Assembly: GCF_003018255.1 (NCBI RefSeq) | Contig: NZ_CP027440.1 | Direction: 5' to 3' (one strand) | DNA: 64,000 nucleotides | Source of the DNA: Escherichia coli | Lineage (GTDB): Bacteria > Pseudomonadota > Gammaproteobacteria > Enterobacterales > Enterobacteriaceae | Part shown: in pieces, positions 22,574 through 32,655 of the stretch | How the letters are laid out: every line of letters begins with the position of its first letter | Position numbering within the stretch: position 1 is the stretch's first letter | Made by a program: the position numbers and the translations under genes | Notes under the pieces: generated by a model | Told to the model about the DNA's origin: nothing | The model's database searches: none | The model's input: only the letters and a program-made list of their open reading frames with translations

Positions 22574-25500
22574 ATGGCAGTAAAGATTTCAGGTGTACTG
22601 AAAGACGGTGCAGGTAAACCGGTACAGAACTGTACAATCCAGCTGAAAGCAAAACGTAACAGCACCACGGTGGTGGTGAACACGGTGGCCTCAGAAAATC
22701 CGGATGAAGCCGGGCGTTACAGCATGGACGTTGAGTACGGTCAGTACAGCGTTATTCTGTTGGTGGAAGGATTCCCGCCGTCACATGCCGGGACCATCAC
22801 CGTGTATGAAGATTCCCGACCCGGTACGCTGAATGATTTTCTCGGTGCCATGACGGAGGATGATGCCCGTCCGGAGGCTCTGCGCCGTTTTGAACTGATG
22901 GTGGAAGAGGTGGCGCGTAACGCGTCCGCGGTGGCACAGAACACGGCAGCCGCGAAGAAATCAGCCAGCGATGCCAGCACATCAGCCCGTGAGGCGGCAA
23001 CCCATGCGACTGATGCTGCAGATTCAGCACGTGCAGCCAGCACGTCAGCCGGACAGGCCGCTTCGTCGGCTCAGTCAGCGTCTTCCAGCGCAGGAACGGC
23101 ATCAACAAAGGCCACTGAAGCCTCAAAAAGTGCTGCCGCTGCAGAGTCCTCAAAAAGCGCGGCGGCTACCAGTGCCGGTGCGGCGAAAACGTCAGAAACG
23201 AATGCGGCAGCGTCACAACAATCAGCAGCCACTTCTGCATCCACCGCGACCACGAAAGCGTCAGAAGCTGCCACCTCAGCCCGGGATGCGTCGGCCTCAA
23301 AAGAGGCAGCGAAATCATCAGAAACGAACGCATCATCAAGTGCCAGTAGTGCAGCTTCCTCGGCAACGGCGGCAGGAAATTCCGCGAAGGCCGCAAAAAC
23401 GTCTGAGACGAATGCAGATAACAGCGCACAGGCGGCAGCAGACTCACAAACTGCATCAGCAAACTCCGCGACAGCAGCCAAAAAATCAGAAACCAACGCG
23501 AAAAATAGCGAGGCAGCAGCAAAGAGCAGCGAAACCAACGCTAAAGCCAGCGAAACTAATGCTAAATCCAGTGAAACAAACGCGGCGAAATCTGCGGCGG
23601 ACGCACTTAATTATCGCAACCAGGCGCAAGTAATTGTTGGCGATAATATCGGTCTTGGTGAAGTTGCCATGACCTGCACTGATATCTCTGTTGAGCCATC
23701 AGGTTATATTGGATTTGTCAGGATTTACATCTCAGCGAAAGGTTATCCATCAGTAGCGTCTAGTGCCGGTGATAATCTTATTTCTGGTTATATAGTTAGA
23801 TCAGAAGTGTCAACAAAAAGATATTCCGGTCTATTTGTTGGTTCAGATACAAAATCATTGTATTCGTACATTTACAGCCAAAGTTCTGGCCCGCAATGGA
23901 TACGTCATACCCGCAGAGATGAATTAAGCCGCTTTGGTCAAAATGAATCAACAACTCGTATGTATGGTCCAACTGGTGATCGTTTCTTTGAAATCCATAC
24001 TAACGGGAGTTGGGGAGTTTATGATTCTTCTTCTGGACAATGGTCTCCGTTAGGTTTAGCCCAGGGCGGTACTGGTGGAAGAACTATCGAGCAAGCACGT
24101 GCGAACTTGCGGGTAATGTATGAGCAAAAAGCTGGCCTTGCTAATACTGACCTAAACACCCTTACCGGTGAATATTCTGGTTTCTATCAACAACCAACGA
24201 GCGCTTACGCAACAGAAGAATTAAATTACCCAATCGGTCTGGCGGGCGCTTTAATAGTGCTCCAAACGAGAGCCAACACTGCTTCTTCCTGCGTTCAGGT
24301 GTACTACCCTTATAATAATCCGGGAATTACTTATAGACGAATATATGAAGGAGGAAGCGGTACCTGGTCTGAATGGAAGAGAGATGTATCAACAGAAAGG
24401 GTTGAAGAGGGAAAAGAAACAACTTACGTATATTCTACGTATTCTTCAGGCGCACCACGCTTACAGGTTTCCAAATCTGGTTTGTGGGGTTGTCATAATG
24501 GCACTGGCTGGTTGCCATTAGCTGTTGGGCAAGGAGGTACAGGTGCGACAACAGTAGAAGATGCGCGAAACAACTTAAGTCTTGGCGAAAGTAGCGCAGT
24601 TAAATTTAAAAACCTTACTTTAACCGAAGCGCTCGACACGACATTAGGACTGCTTACAAAAACAGGACGAGACTGGAACACGCAGCATACTGATAACATT
24701 AATAAATTTATACCAATTGCAGGCAGTACAAACGGCCCGGCAGGTTCTATGGTTCTTGGCGGCATTCATGTTCAATTTAGTAAAAATTATGCTGTGCAGT
24801 TCGGAGGCCGCAATTCCGGTTTTTGGGGAAGAACAATTGAAAATGGAACGACGCAGGAATGGAAGAAATTACTAACAGTAGACGATCTCAATTCATCTAC
24901 CGATCTTGCTGTCAGGTCATTAACCACATCTAACCCGGTAAAATCTGGCGGAGGGCGAATTGATGTCCTTGGAAGCACGTCAGACTATAGCAAAATGGAT
25001 TGCTTTGTACGTGGGTTTGATAGCACCGGTAATTCTCTCGCGTGGGCGTTGGGTTCATCAGTCGGCGTAAGTAAGATGCTGTCGCTAAAAAATTTCTTTA
25101 GCGGAGCTGAGATACTGTTAAATGGTAATGACGGCGCGGTTCAACTCAAAACAGGTGCTGTTAACGGGGCTAAAGCGCAGGCGCTCACTATCAACAAGGA
25201 TGAGGTTAACTCAACTGTTGATTTAACTCTTACAAAACAAACAGGGACTGGAAATCGTTTTGTTTTACAGAACTTAGGTAATACAGAACTATCATTTGCC
25301 GCAAAAGTATGGGGATCAAGTGATCGACAAAACGTTTTTGAGGTTGGAACGTCTGCTGCGTATCTGTTTTATGCGCAAAAAACGTCAGCAGGCCAGTTGT
25401 TTGATGTAAATGGCGCTATTAATTGCACAACGCTGAATCAGTCATCAGACCGCGACCTTAAAGACGATATTCTCGTTATCAGCGACGCGACGAAAGCAAT

Positions 25501-25879
25501 CCGTAAAATGAACGGATACACCTACACGCTCAGGGAAAACGGGATGCCTTATGCTGGCGTTATTGCACAGGAAGTAATGGAGGCGATACCAGAAGCTGTG
25601 GGATCGTTTACTCATTACGGTGAAGAGTTGCAGGGACCAACGGTTGACGGCAATGAATTACGTGAAGAAACACGTTATCTGAATGTTGACTACGCCGCCG
25701 TGACGGGGTTACTTGTTCAGGTCGCCCGTGAAACAGATGGTCGCGTTACCGCGCTGGAAGAGGAAAACATAACGCTACGTAAAAATCTGGCAACAGCAGG
25801 CACCCGGATCAGCACTCTGGAAAATCAGGTAAGCGAACTGGTTGCACTTGTCGGGCAGTTAACAGGAAGCGAACATTGA
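22574..25879 (+). CDS. stf: side tail fibre protein (lambda Stf-like N-terminus, Ala/Ser-rich repeat shaft, C-terminal endosialidase-type intramolecular chaperone / peptidase S74-like domain)
   Basis: Start MAVKISGVLKDGAGKPVQNC resembles the lambda Stf N-terminus; long AAxxSxTxA repeat region; C-terminal SDRDLKDD ... coiled-coil tail typical of self-cleaving fibre chaperone domains. Confidence 0.8.
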   Translation: MAVKISGVLKDGAGKPVQNCTIQLKAKRNSTTVVVNTVASENPDEAGRYSMDVEYGQYSVILLVEGFPPSHAGTITVYEDSRPGTLNDFLGAMTEDDARPEALRRFELMVEEVARNASAVAQNTAAAKKSASDASTSAREAATHATDAADSARAASTSAGQAASSAQSASSSAGTASTKATEASKSAAAAESSKSAAATSAGAAKTSETNAAASQQSAATSASTATTKASEAATSARDASASKEAAKSSETNASSSASSAASSATAAGNSAKAAKTSETNADNSAQAAADSQTASANSATAAKKSETNAKNSEAAAKSSETNAKASETNAKSSETNAAKSAADALNYRNQAQVIVGDNIGLGEVAMTCTDISVEPSGYIGFVRIYISAKGYPSVASSAGDNLISGYIVRSEVSTKRYSGLFVGSDTKSLYSYIYSQSSGPQWIRHTRRDELSRFGQNESTTRMYGPTGDRFFEIHTNGSWGVYDSSSGQWSPLGLAQGGTGGRTIEQARANLRVMYEQKAGLANTDLNTLTGEYSGFYQQPTSAYATEELNYPIGLAGALIVLQTRANTASSCVQVYYPYNNPGITYRRIYEGGSGTWSEWKRDVSTERVEEGKETTYVYSTYSSGAPRLQVSKSGLWGCHNGTGWLPLAVGQGGTGATTVEDARNNLSLGESSAVKFKNLTLTEALDTTLGLLTKTGRDWNTQHTDNINKFIPIAGSTNGPAGSMVLGGIHVQFSKNYAVQFGGRNSGFWGRTIENGTTQEWKKLLTVDDLNSSTDLAVRSLTTSNPVKSGGGRIDVLGSTSDYSKMDCFVRGFDSTGNSLAWALGSSVGVSKMLSLKNFFSGAEILLNGNDGAVQLKTGAVNGAKAQALTINKDEVNSTVDLTLTKQTGTGNRFVLQNLGNTELSFAAKVWGSSDRQNVFEVGTSAAYLFYAQKTSAGQLFDVNGAINCTTLNQSSDRDLKDDILVISDATKAIRKMNGYTYTLRENGMPYAGVIAQEVMEAIPEAVGSFTHYGEELQGPTVDGNELREETRYLNVDYAAVTGLLVQVARETDGRVTALEEENITLRKNLATAGTRISTLENQVSELVALVGQLTGSEH

Positions 25880-26086
25880 TATCCTTCAAGCCCTGAAGGA
25901 GGCTGTTCCTGGTACGTTCAGACTGTTGTTGAGCTGGAAATCGCAACGGAGGAAGAAACTTCGTTGCTGGAAGTCTGGAAAAAGTATCGGGTGTTGCTGA
26001 ACCGTGTTGATACATCAACTGCACCTGATGTTGATTGGCCAGCAGCACCGAAGTGTAATTCATTAGAACTCATCACCTGTGAATAA
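25880..26086 (+). pseudogene. orphan 3' remnant of a tail-fibre-assembly (tfa) gene
   Basis: In frame with stf immediately after its stop, no start codon; encodes ...[29 protein letters not shown]..., a Tfa-type C-terminal motif by recollection. Confidence 0.45.
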
Positions 26087-26687
26087 TATCTGTTTTTGAG
26101 TAAGTTAGTAATAATCACTTAAATGTGTTATGAGTTTGTTGAGGCGTGATTTGCAATAGGATAGAGAGTACGATTATGGATTGAGAATAAGAAAGCGCCA
26201 TGAAAGAGTTTCATGGCGAGTACATAAACGTACAAAATATGATGAAAGTAGAGTGGCATAAGCCACTATGTTAACTTATAGCAATAGGGAAGATAAGTAA
26301 ATAATATTTCTTGAGTATAGTGTAAGTCGTTCATTGTAAAGCGTTAATGTTATCTATATTGTTTATCTTAAAATAAGGTGTATAAACCAAACTTTTGAGC
26401 TAAAAGTTTAAAGAGTATTAGTGCAAAAATAATGTTTAATAAGATAATCAATTTGCTTTGTATCTTCATTTCGAAAGATTGCTAAGTAACGTTAATTACC
26501 AAAACGATAGATCAGAATTATCTTAGAGTCAATGACTTTAGGTTTGTTTATAATGTAAATATTTTCTATTTGTTATAAGTTTTCTTAATATAGTCACCCA
26601 TGCAACTTGTTCCGTGTGGAGATTAAAGGTTAAAATTTAATGCGAAGATGGAATTATATTATATTTGTTATAATTAATTTAACCTTA

Positions 26688-26770
26688 ACATCGTTGCTGG
26701 CGGCATGGAAGAAATATCGGGTCTTGCTGATGTCGTGTTGGCACTTCCTTAGTGCCGGATATCGAGTGGC
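26688..26770 (+). pseudogene. second, frameshifted tfa-like C-terminal remnant
   Basis: Encodes ...[10 protein letters not shown] then, after a +1 shift, RVGTSLVPDIEWPAAPIG; a degenerate direct repeat of 25955-26060. Confidence 0.3.
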
Positions 26771-26987
26771 CAGCTGCACCTATAGGGTAAAAATATAGTT
26801 CTATATGGGAGCGCTATTTTTACAATATAAATGCTGAACGGAAGAATCTAACCAGTTACAAAAAACATAGTTATGTAATCCAGTTGCCTGGGCATGCGTG
26901 TGATGTTGATAGCTATTACTGTATCTTCCGTTCACTTACCTTATTGTGAACAGTTATATATAATTTGATCTGCTCTTATTCAGCCTG

Positions 26988-28190
26988 CTAGGCTGCTGTA
27001 AATCTTCGATACTTTCTTAACATAAAGATCATGATTAGAATAATTGAAAGTAAGTAAACAATCCAAATGGTGATATTTCGTTCAATTAAAAAGCTACCAA
27101 TTCCGCCGATCACTGAAGGAATCACCAGAGAAGCGGCCCCCATTAACGCAGATGTGGCACCCAGACTGGTACGTTGGCTGGACATAGTTAGGTAAGTATA
27201 AAGTGATTCGAACATACCTCCGGCAAACATCAAAACAATGAAGAATAATATAAAAACATTGACATGATGAACGAATATTATTAGCGGAGTGCACAATACG
27301 ATAAATGAAGCAATGAGCTTCAGCCATAAACTCAAAATTTGTGGTGCAGACCGCTTCTTAAGTAGTTTACCTGATAGTGCTGCTCCCAGCAGAAGGAATC
27401 CTCCAATAATTGATGAGATAACACCAAATTGCGTAGATGAGTATCCATACTTAACCATCAAAATAAATGGGGAAGCTGTGACATAACAATAAATTAGAGA
27501 GAATGAAAGTCCAAGAGAAAGGCAAGGTAGATAAAATCTTGGTTGCTTACTTATCTCTTTGTACGTAAGAAATGATGATTTTAGTGAATATGTAATCCGT
27601 TTTTTATGACTGAGTGTTTCAGGGAAGTTAAAATAGACATACGTTAATGTTACAACAGAATATCCTAATATCATTAGAAAAATTGCACGCCATCCCCATA
27701 CATCATTAATTATTCCTCCCAGCAGTGGAGAAGCAATAGGCACGACACCTTCAATAGTTATGATAATAGCGTACAGTGTAGCAGCCACTGAACCGCGTGT
27801 TACATCACGAACGGCACTAATTGCTGTAACCAGAGTTATTGATATAGAAAGCCCCTGTATGATGCGTATTGTAAGAAACGTACCCAATCCGGTCGAGAGT
27901 GTGAGGCAATATGTTGTCACACAATAAATAATAGCACCTGAAAGCATAATTCTTCGACGACCAATAGAATCAGATAATGGGCCAAAAATTAGCTGTCCAA
28001 AACCTATACAAAGGGTATAAACCATGATAGACAATTGCATGGACGGGATGTTTTGTCTAAATTCTTTTGCGATGTCAGGAATTGAAGGCAAATAAGTGTC
28101 CACACCTAGAATGCCCATAATAGTCAGCAGCGATAGGCCAATAGTAAAGAAAAGTATATTCTTTCTGTGAATAACAACTTGTGATTTCAT
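26988..28190 (-). CDS. MFS transporter (12-TMS, Bcr/CflA-like drug:H+ antiporter family), AT-rich foreign gene
   Basis: 400 aa, highly hydrophobic, with the MFS signature GPLSDSIGRRR after TM2; GC content visibly far below the flanking DNA. Confidence 0.8.
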   Translation of the reverse strand: MKSQVVIHRKNILFFTIGLSLLTIMGILGVDTYLPSIPDIAKEFRQNIPSMQLSIMVYTLCIGFGQLIFGPLSDSIGRRRIMLSGAIIYCVTTYCLTLSTGLGTFLTIRIIQGLSISITLVTAISAVRDVTRGSVAATLYAIIITIEGVVPIASPLLGGIINDVWGWRAIFLMILGYSVVTLTYVYFNFPETLSHKKRITYSLKSSFLTYKEISKQPRFYLPCLSLGLSFSLIYCYVTASPFILMVKYGYSSTQFGVISSIIGGFLLLGAALSGKLLKKRSAPQILSLWLKLIASFIVLCTPLIIFVHHVNVFILFFIVLMFAGGMFESLYTYLTMSSQRTSLGATSALMGAASLVIPSVIGGIGSFLIERNITIWIVYLLSIILIMIFMLRKYRRFTAA

Positions 28191-28952
28191 TATTTATCAC
28201 CATGAATAAATTAAAAGAATGAAAAAAACTCCATTTAAATGGAAGGAGGTGGATAATTATCGTGTAGGCAATACAACAGAGTTGAAAAGAACTGTCAAAC
28301 TTTTAACTCAAAAAAGTGAGATGTGAATCACAGACATAAAAATCATCTTTTTCAGCCCTATGGTTCAGTTAAATTTGATTGTTATCGTACGAAGGTTTGA
28401 ACGTGTGTGTGCGTATGCGGTATTTTTTCTTGCGAGTGCCGGAGTTATGAGAGCGTTGTATTAACCTTCATAATCTGACCTATTCAATTGATTCCAGTAC
28501 ACCAATGGGTATTTTGGTGTTATGGTATGTGACTCCAAATAAAATGGAGCGTGAACTGATAGTTGTGCGAACAAAAGTCGGACTAGAAACCGCTCGGGTA
28601 CAGTGGCGAATTGGAGTTGGCGACCCAAACTGACCTAGGAACAATCGTTGCAGATCGGACGATTAATTTCATCAGAAATTCCTCGCTAAAAGGTGGCTAT
28701 CACTGTGATGTTAACGTATCTAATTTGTACAAGAAATTTCTGCGGGGGAAAATGAAACCGCAGACTCGTTGTATGCAAAAACGTGCTGCGGCTAACTGGT
28801 GAACTTTCGATAGTGCGGGTATTGAATGATTTCTAGGCGTTATCGATTTTACGTATTTTTTGCATGATAGAATTCGTACCTCCTCCCAACGACCTTCCAT
28901 GGCTTTCCGGACTTCTGTAGGCCGGCGGACGATGCTGTCCTCGGATGTTGTG

Positions 28953-29810
28953 CTAATTGGGTGATAACAGATCCTGTGTATGGGAGTTTCCCTTTGTGCG
29001 TGCGTTGATGCTGGTAACGGTAAACGTCATGATGAACACGACCGCGAATAAGACGACAATCGTCGGAGCTGGTGCGCTGTCGATAAAAAAGGACAACCAG
29101 ACACCAGTCATTGACACTATTACCGATATGCCAGTCGCCAGTAGGAGCGCAATATGAAAGCGTTGTGTCAGGAGTACCGCAATGGCGCCAGGCGCTATGA
29201 GCAGAGAAATGGAGAGAATGATACCTACCGCTTTCAGCGTCGCCACAATGGTCAGAGAGACCATGCACAGCAGCCCATAATGCAGCCATCTCGTATGCAA
29301 ACCGCTTACCTGCGCCTGTTGATAATCAAAGCTGAACAGCAAAAAATCCCGCCATTTTACGCTAATAACAAGTGTAACCAGCCCGGCAATAATCATCGTC
29401 TGGATTATATCGCCGATGGTTATCCCGAGCATGTCGCCGAAAAGAATATGGTCAAGATGTACGTCTGGTTTGACTGCAATATACAAGATCAGACCTGCGG
29501 CAAACATGCCAGAAAAAACAATCCCCATCACTGTATCTTGCTTGATTCGGCTGTTGTCTTTCAGGTATCCCGTCGCCACCGCGCAGAATACTCCGGCGAC
29601 GAATGCCCCTGTAGCTAAAGGTAACCCCAGAATCCAGGCAAGCACGATGCCAGGAAAAACTGCATGACTCATCGCGTCACCCATCAGTGCCCAACCTTTC
29701 AGGACCAGAAAGACCGACAGCAGCGCACAGGGTATGGAAACTACCAGTGAAATCAGCAGTGCGTGACTCATAAAGGTGAACTGCAGTGGCTCCAGTAATA
29801 ATGCCATCAT
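28953..29810 (-). CDS. sitD: Mn/Fe ABC transporter permease SitD
   Basis: 285 aa integral membrane permease; last gene of the four-gene operon; overlaps sitC by 4 bp. Confidence 0.9.
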   Translation of the reverse strand: MMALLLEPLQFTFMSHALLISLVVSIPCALLSVFLVLKGWALMGDAMSHAVFPGIVLAWILGLPLATGAFVAGVFCAVATGYLKDNSRIKQDTVMGIVFSGMFAAGLILYIAVKPDVHLDHILFGDMLGITIGDIIQTMIIAGLVTLVISVKWRDFLLFSFDYQQAQVSGLHTRWLHYGLLCMVSLTIVATLKAVGIILSISLLIAPGAIAVLLTQRFHIALLLATGISVIVSMTGVWLSFFIDSAPAPTIVVLFAVVFIMTFTVTSINARTKGNSHTQDLLSPN

Positions 29811-30664
29811 GAGCGATCCTCCAGCGCCTTATGCGCACGCCGACGATTTGCCAAAAGCCCATGGGTGGGCGCAAAGACAAATGCTAAAAGAAACAGCAGT
29901 GTCTGCGCCACCACGATGATTCCACCTGTCGCGCCGTCCAGAAAGTAACTGACCCACGAGCCGAGGAAACTGGTTACACTGCCAATAGTTACAGCAATCA
30001 TGAGCAGGCGGGGAAAACGATCGGTTAACAACCATGCTGTTGCACCGGGAGTCACCACCAGACAGATCACCAGAAAGGCACCAACCGTTTGCAGCGCCGC
30101 AACGGTCGAAACCGACAGCAGGGTGAAGAAGAGGAGTTTTAATCTGCCCGGATGCAATCCAATAGCACGGGCGTGATTCTCGTCGAAAAAGGTCACCATA
30201 AGATCTTTCCATTTGAAAAAAAGCACGATGATCGAGAGAATGCCAATGATAGTGAGTTGCAGGATATCCGCCGGATCGATTGCCAGAATATTGCCCAGGA
30301 CGATGGTCTGAATGTTCACAGATGTCGGGTTCAATGACACCATAAACAGCCCCAGGCCAAAAAAGGATGAGAAGATCAGGCCGATGATGGCATCTTCTTT
30401 TAAGCGGGTGCGTTGGTTAAGAAACAGCATGCTGCCCGCAGCCAGTCCGCCGGAAAAGAAGGCTCCCAGAGAAAACGGAAGCCCCAGCATATATGCTCCC
30501 GCAACACCCGGGACAATAGAGTGCGACAACGCATCGCCAATCAGCGACCAGCCTTTTAGCATCAGATAGCATGACAGGAAAGCGCAGAGACCGCCGACCA
30601 TCGCCGAGACCCACATCGCATTGAGCATATATTCATAGCTGAAGGGTTCCAGTAGCACGTTCAT
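29807..30664 (-). CDS. sitC: Mn/Fe ABC transporter permease SitC
   Basis: 285 aa permease paralogous to SitD; 4-bp overlaps on both sides. Confidence 0.9.
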   Translation of the reverse strand: MNVLLEPFSYEYMLNAMWVSAMVGGLCAFLSCYLMLKGWSLIGDALSHSIVPGVAGAYMLGLPFSLGAFFSGGLAAGSMLFLNQRTRLKEDAIIGLIFSSFFGLGLFMVSLNPTSVNIQTIVLGNILAIDPADILQLTIIGILSIIVLFFKWKDLMVTFFDENHARAIGLHPGRLKLLFFTLLSVSTVAALQTVGAFLVICLVVTPGATAWLLTDRFPRLLMIAVTIGSVTSFLGSWVSYFLDGATGGIIVVAQTLLFLLAFVFAPTHGLLANRRRAHKALEDRS

Positions 30665-31488
30665 CTTTCTTCCCTCTGCACCGCTGACGGTCGATGAGCC
30701 ACAAAAGGGCGTTCATCGTCAGTAATAATGCTTTCTTCCGAGCCGTTAAGTGTGACATGGCGCAGTACGCCGCTAAAAGCCAGCTCCAGGTTCTCGGCTG
30801 TAAAAGTGGTGTCTGTCGGCCCGCTTGCCAGGACGGTGCCTTTGACCATGACCGTATAATCGCAAAATGTCGTGACGGATCCGAGATTGTGTGTTGAGAC
30901 AAGCATCGTTTTGCCTTCCGCGCGTAACTCCCTCAACAGGCTGATGATTTTGGCTTCGGTTTTCACATCAACGCCAGTAAAAGGTTCATCCAGCAGGATC
31001 ACATCACCCTGCTGTGCAATCGCTCTCGCCAGAAAGACGCGTTTCTTTTGTCCACCGGAAAGCTCGCCGATTTGTCGATGGCGAAAATTCACCATATCGA
31101 CACGTTCCAGCGCATCGGTGACAATTTGACGATCCCTCTTTTTGGCGATACGCAACATACCCATATGCCCATAGCGGCCCATCATCACCACATCTTCCAC
31201 CAGTACAGGAAATGACCAGTCAACCTCTTCTGACTGAGGGACGTAGGCAACCAGGTTTTTCTGTAACGCCTGTCGCGTGGGAATACCCAGAACAGATATC
31301 TTTCCGCTGGTCAGACGCACAAATCCCATAATCGCTTTAAACAACGTCGATTTTCCGGAACCGTTTACCCCAACCAGAGCGGCAATAGATCCACTTGGTA
31401 CTGTGAAGGATGCATCGCGCAGTGCTGTGTGCCCGTTACGCCAGGTGACAGTAACATCATTAACGACAATGCCTGCAGATTGCATCAT
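30661..31488 (-). CDS. sitB: Mn/Fe ABC transporter ATP-binding protein SitB
   Basis: 275 aa with Walker [13 protein letters not shown] signature LSGGQKKR and Walker B ILLDEP. Confidence 0.9.
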   Translation of the reverse strand: MMQSAGIVVNDVTVTWRNGHTALRDASFTVPSGSIAALVGVNGSGKSTLFKAIMGFVRLTSGKISVLGIPTRQALQKNLVAYVPQSEEVDWSFPVLVEDVVMMGRYGHMGMLRIAKKRDRQIVTDALERVDMVNFRHRQIGELSGGQKKRVFLARAIAQQGDVILLDEPFTGVDVKTEAKIISLLRELRAEGKTMLVSTHNLGSVTTFCDYTVMVKGTVLASGPTDTTFTAENLELAFSGVLRHVTLNGSEESIITDDERPFVAHRPSAVQREER

Positions 31489-32402
31489 TATTTCTCCCTT
31501 TTCCCGGCTTTAATTCCCTGTACCAGCGTACTGGTAGTAACCTTAAGAAGGTCGATATACGTCGGTACCGGGCCGTTTTCTGTGCTCAGGGAATCGACAT
31601 AGAGCACACCGCCGTAGTGTGCGCCGGTTTCACGCGCAACCTGACGCGCTGGTTTATCGGAAATCGTACTCTCGCTAAAGACTGCCGGGATATGATTTTT
31701 CTTAACTATATCAACAACCTTACGTACCTGTTGCGGTGTTCCTTGTTGATCGGCATTAATCGGCCACAGATAAAGCTCTTTTAGCCCCAAATCGCGTGCG
31801 AGATAAGAAAAAGCCCCTTCACTGGTGACCATCCACCGCTGATTCTCAGGGAGTTCCGTAATCTGCTTACGCAGGGGGGCAAGGGTTTGGGTAATCTTGG
31901 CTTTATAAGTATCGGCATTACGTTGGTAGGTTTGTGCATTAGCGGGATCGTATTTTATCAACGCATCACGAATATTATCGACGTAAATCAGAGCATTATC
32001 TGGCGACATCCATGCATGGGGGTTAGGTTTGCCCTCATAGGGGCCTTCGGTGATCCCTACTGGCGTCACACCCGAAGAGACAATTACTTCTGGAACCCCA
32101 TTGAGATGCTGGTAAAAGCGTTGGAACCACAATTCCAGATTCATACCATTGGCGAGGATCAGTTGTGCCCCCTGCGCACGTTTAATATCGCCAGGGGTAG
32201 GCTGATACTCATGAATTTCTGCACCGGGCTTGGTTATGGATGAGACTTCTGCAGCATCTCCAGCCACGTTTTTGGCCATATCCGCGATGATGGTAAATGT
32301 TGTAATGACCTTGAATTTTTCAGTTGCACTTGCCTGAAATGCGATCGAGCAGGTGAGGGCGAGGCACCCCAAGAGCATGGTTACTTTTTTTATTGAGTGC
32401 AT
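31488..32402 (-). CDS. sitA: periplasmic Mn/Fe-binding protein SitA (cluster A-I substrate-binding protein)
   Basis: 304 aa with signal peptide; first gene of the operon; 1-bp overlap with sitB. Confidence 0.9.
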   Translation of the reverse strand: MHSIKKVTMLLGCLALTCSIAFQASATEKFKVITTFTIIADMAKNVAGDAAEVSSITKPGAEIHEYQPTPGDIKRAQGAQLILANGMNLELWFQRFYQHLNGVPEVIVSSGVTPVGITEGPYEGKPNPHAWMSPDNALIYVDNIRDALIKYDPANAQTYQRNADTYKAKITQTLAPLRKQITELPENQRWMVTSEGAFSYLARDLGLKELYLWPINADQQGTPQQVRKVVDIVKKNHIPAVFSESTISDKPARQVARETGAHYGGVLYVDSLSTENGPVPTYIDLLKVTTSTLVQGIKAGKREK

Positions 32403-32434
32403 AATTTAGTACCTATAGTGAGCAAAATTAGAAC

Positions 32435-32456
32435 AAACATAGCAACGGCTATGTTT
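32435..32456. promoter_or_regulatory. MntR box (perfect palindrome AAACATAGC-N4-GCTATGTTT) in the sitA promoter
   Basis: Perfect 9-bp inverted repeat 33 bp upstream of the sitA start; matches the MntR operator consensus as I recall it. Confidence 0.65.
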
Positions 32457-32477
32457 TATAGCACAACCTATACAAAA

Positions 32478-32496
32478 TGAAAATGATTATCATTAA
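32478..32496. promoter_or_regulatory. Fur box in the sitA promoter
   Basis: TGAAAATGATTATCATTAAC matches the GATAATGATAATCATTATC Fur consensus at most positions. Confidence 0.6.
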
Positions 32497-32610
32497 CAAC
32501 TTTGTGGCCCAAAACAGGGATTAGGTTGTTTCCTGCTGGCGACATGGTATTGAGGAAAAAAGCAGGGCAGCTATTAGGCTTTGAAATGACTTTATGAGGA
32601 AAATTTTTGA

Positions 32611-32655
32611 TGGCAAAAATGGGGCAAAACGCTGTAGAAGGGGCAAAAAAGGGGC
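32611..32655. repeat. three direct GGGGCAAAA(A) repeats in the prophage arm next to attR
   Basis: GGGGCAAAAC ... GGGGCAAAAAA GGGGCAAAAAAA; two similar copies lie at 19019-19038 next to attL. Confidence 0.6.

Noticed and set aside
22741-23633. Several long ORFs on both strands overlapping the stf shaft region (for example 22971-23633 plus, 23071-23538 minus)
   Set aside because: They lie inside the GC-rich, Ala/Ser-codon repeat region of the tail fibre gene; stop-poor alternative frames are expected there, and they have no independent start context or synteny.
22574-25879. Possibility that the Ala/Ser-rich repeats of stf are a diversity-generating-retroelement variable region
   Set aside because: No reverse transcriptase or template repeat is present in the window; the repeats resemble the ordinary fibrous shaft of Stf proteins.
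26087-26790. Invertible tail-fibre segment (Pin/Gin-type shufflon) between the two tfa remnants
   Set aside because: The two remnants are in direct, not inverted, orientation, and no invertase gene is present (pinR is absent).
28849-29289. 146-aa ORF on the minus strand overlapping the 3' end of sitD
   Set aside because: It is an out-of-frame overlap with sitD and has no ribosome-binding site or synteny support.
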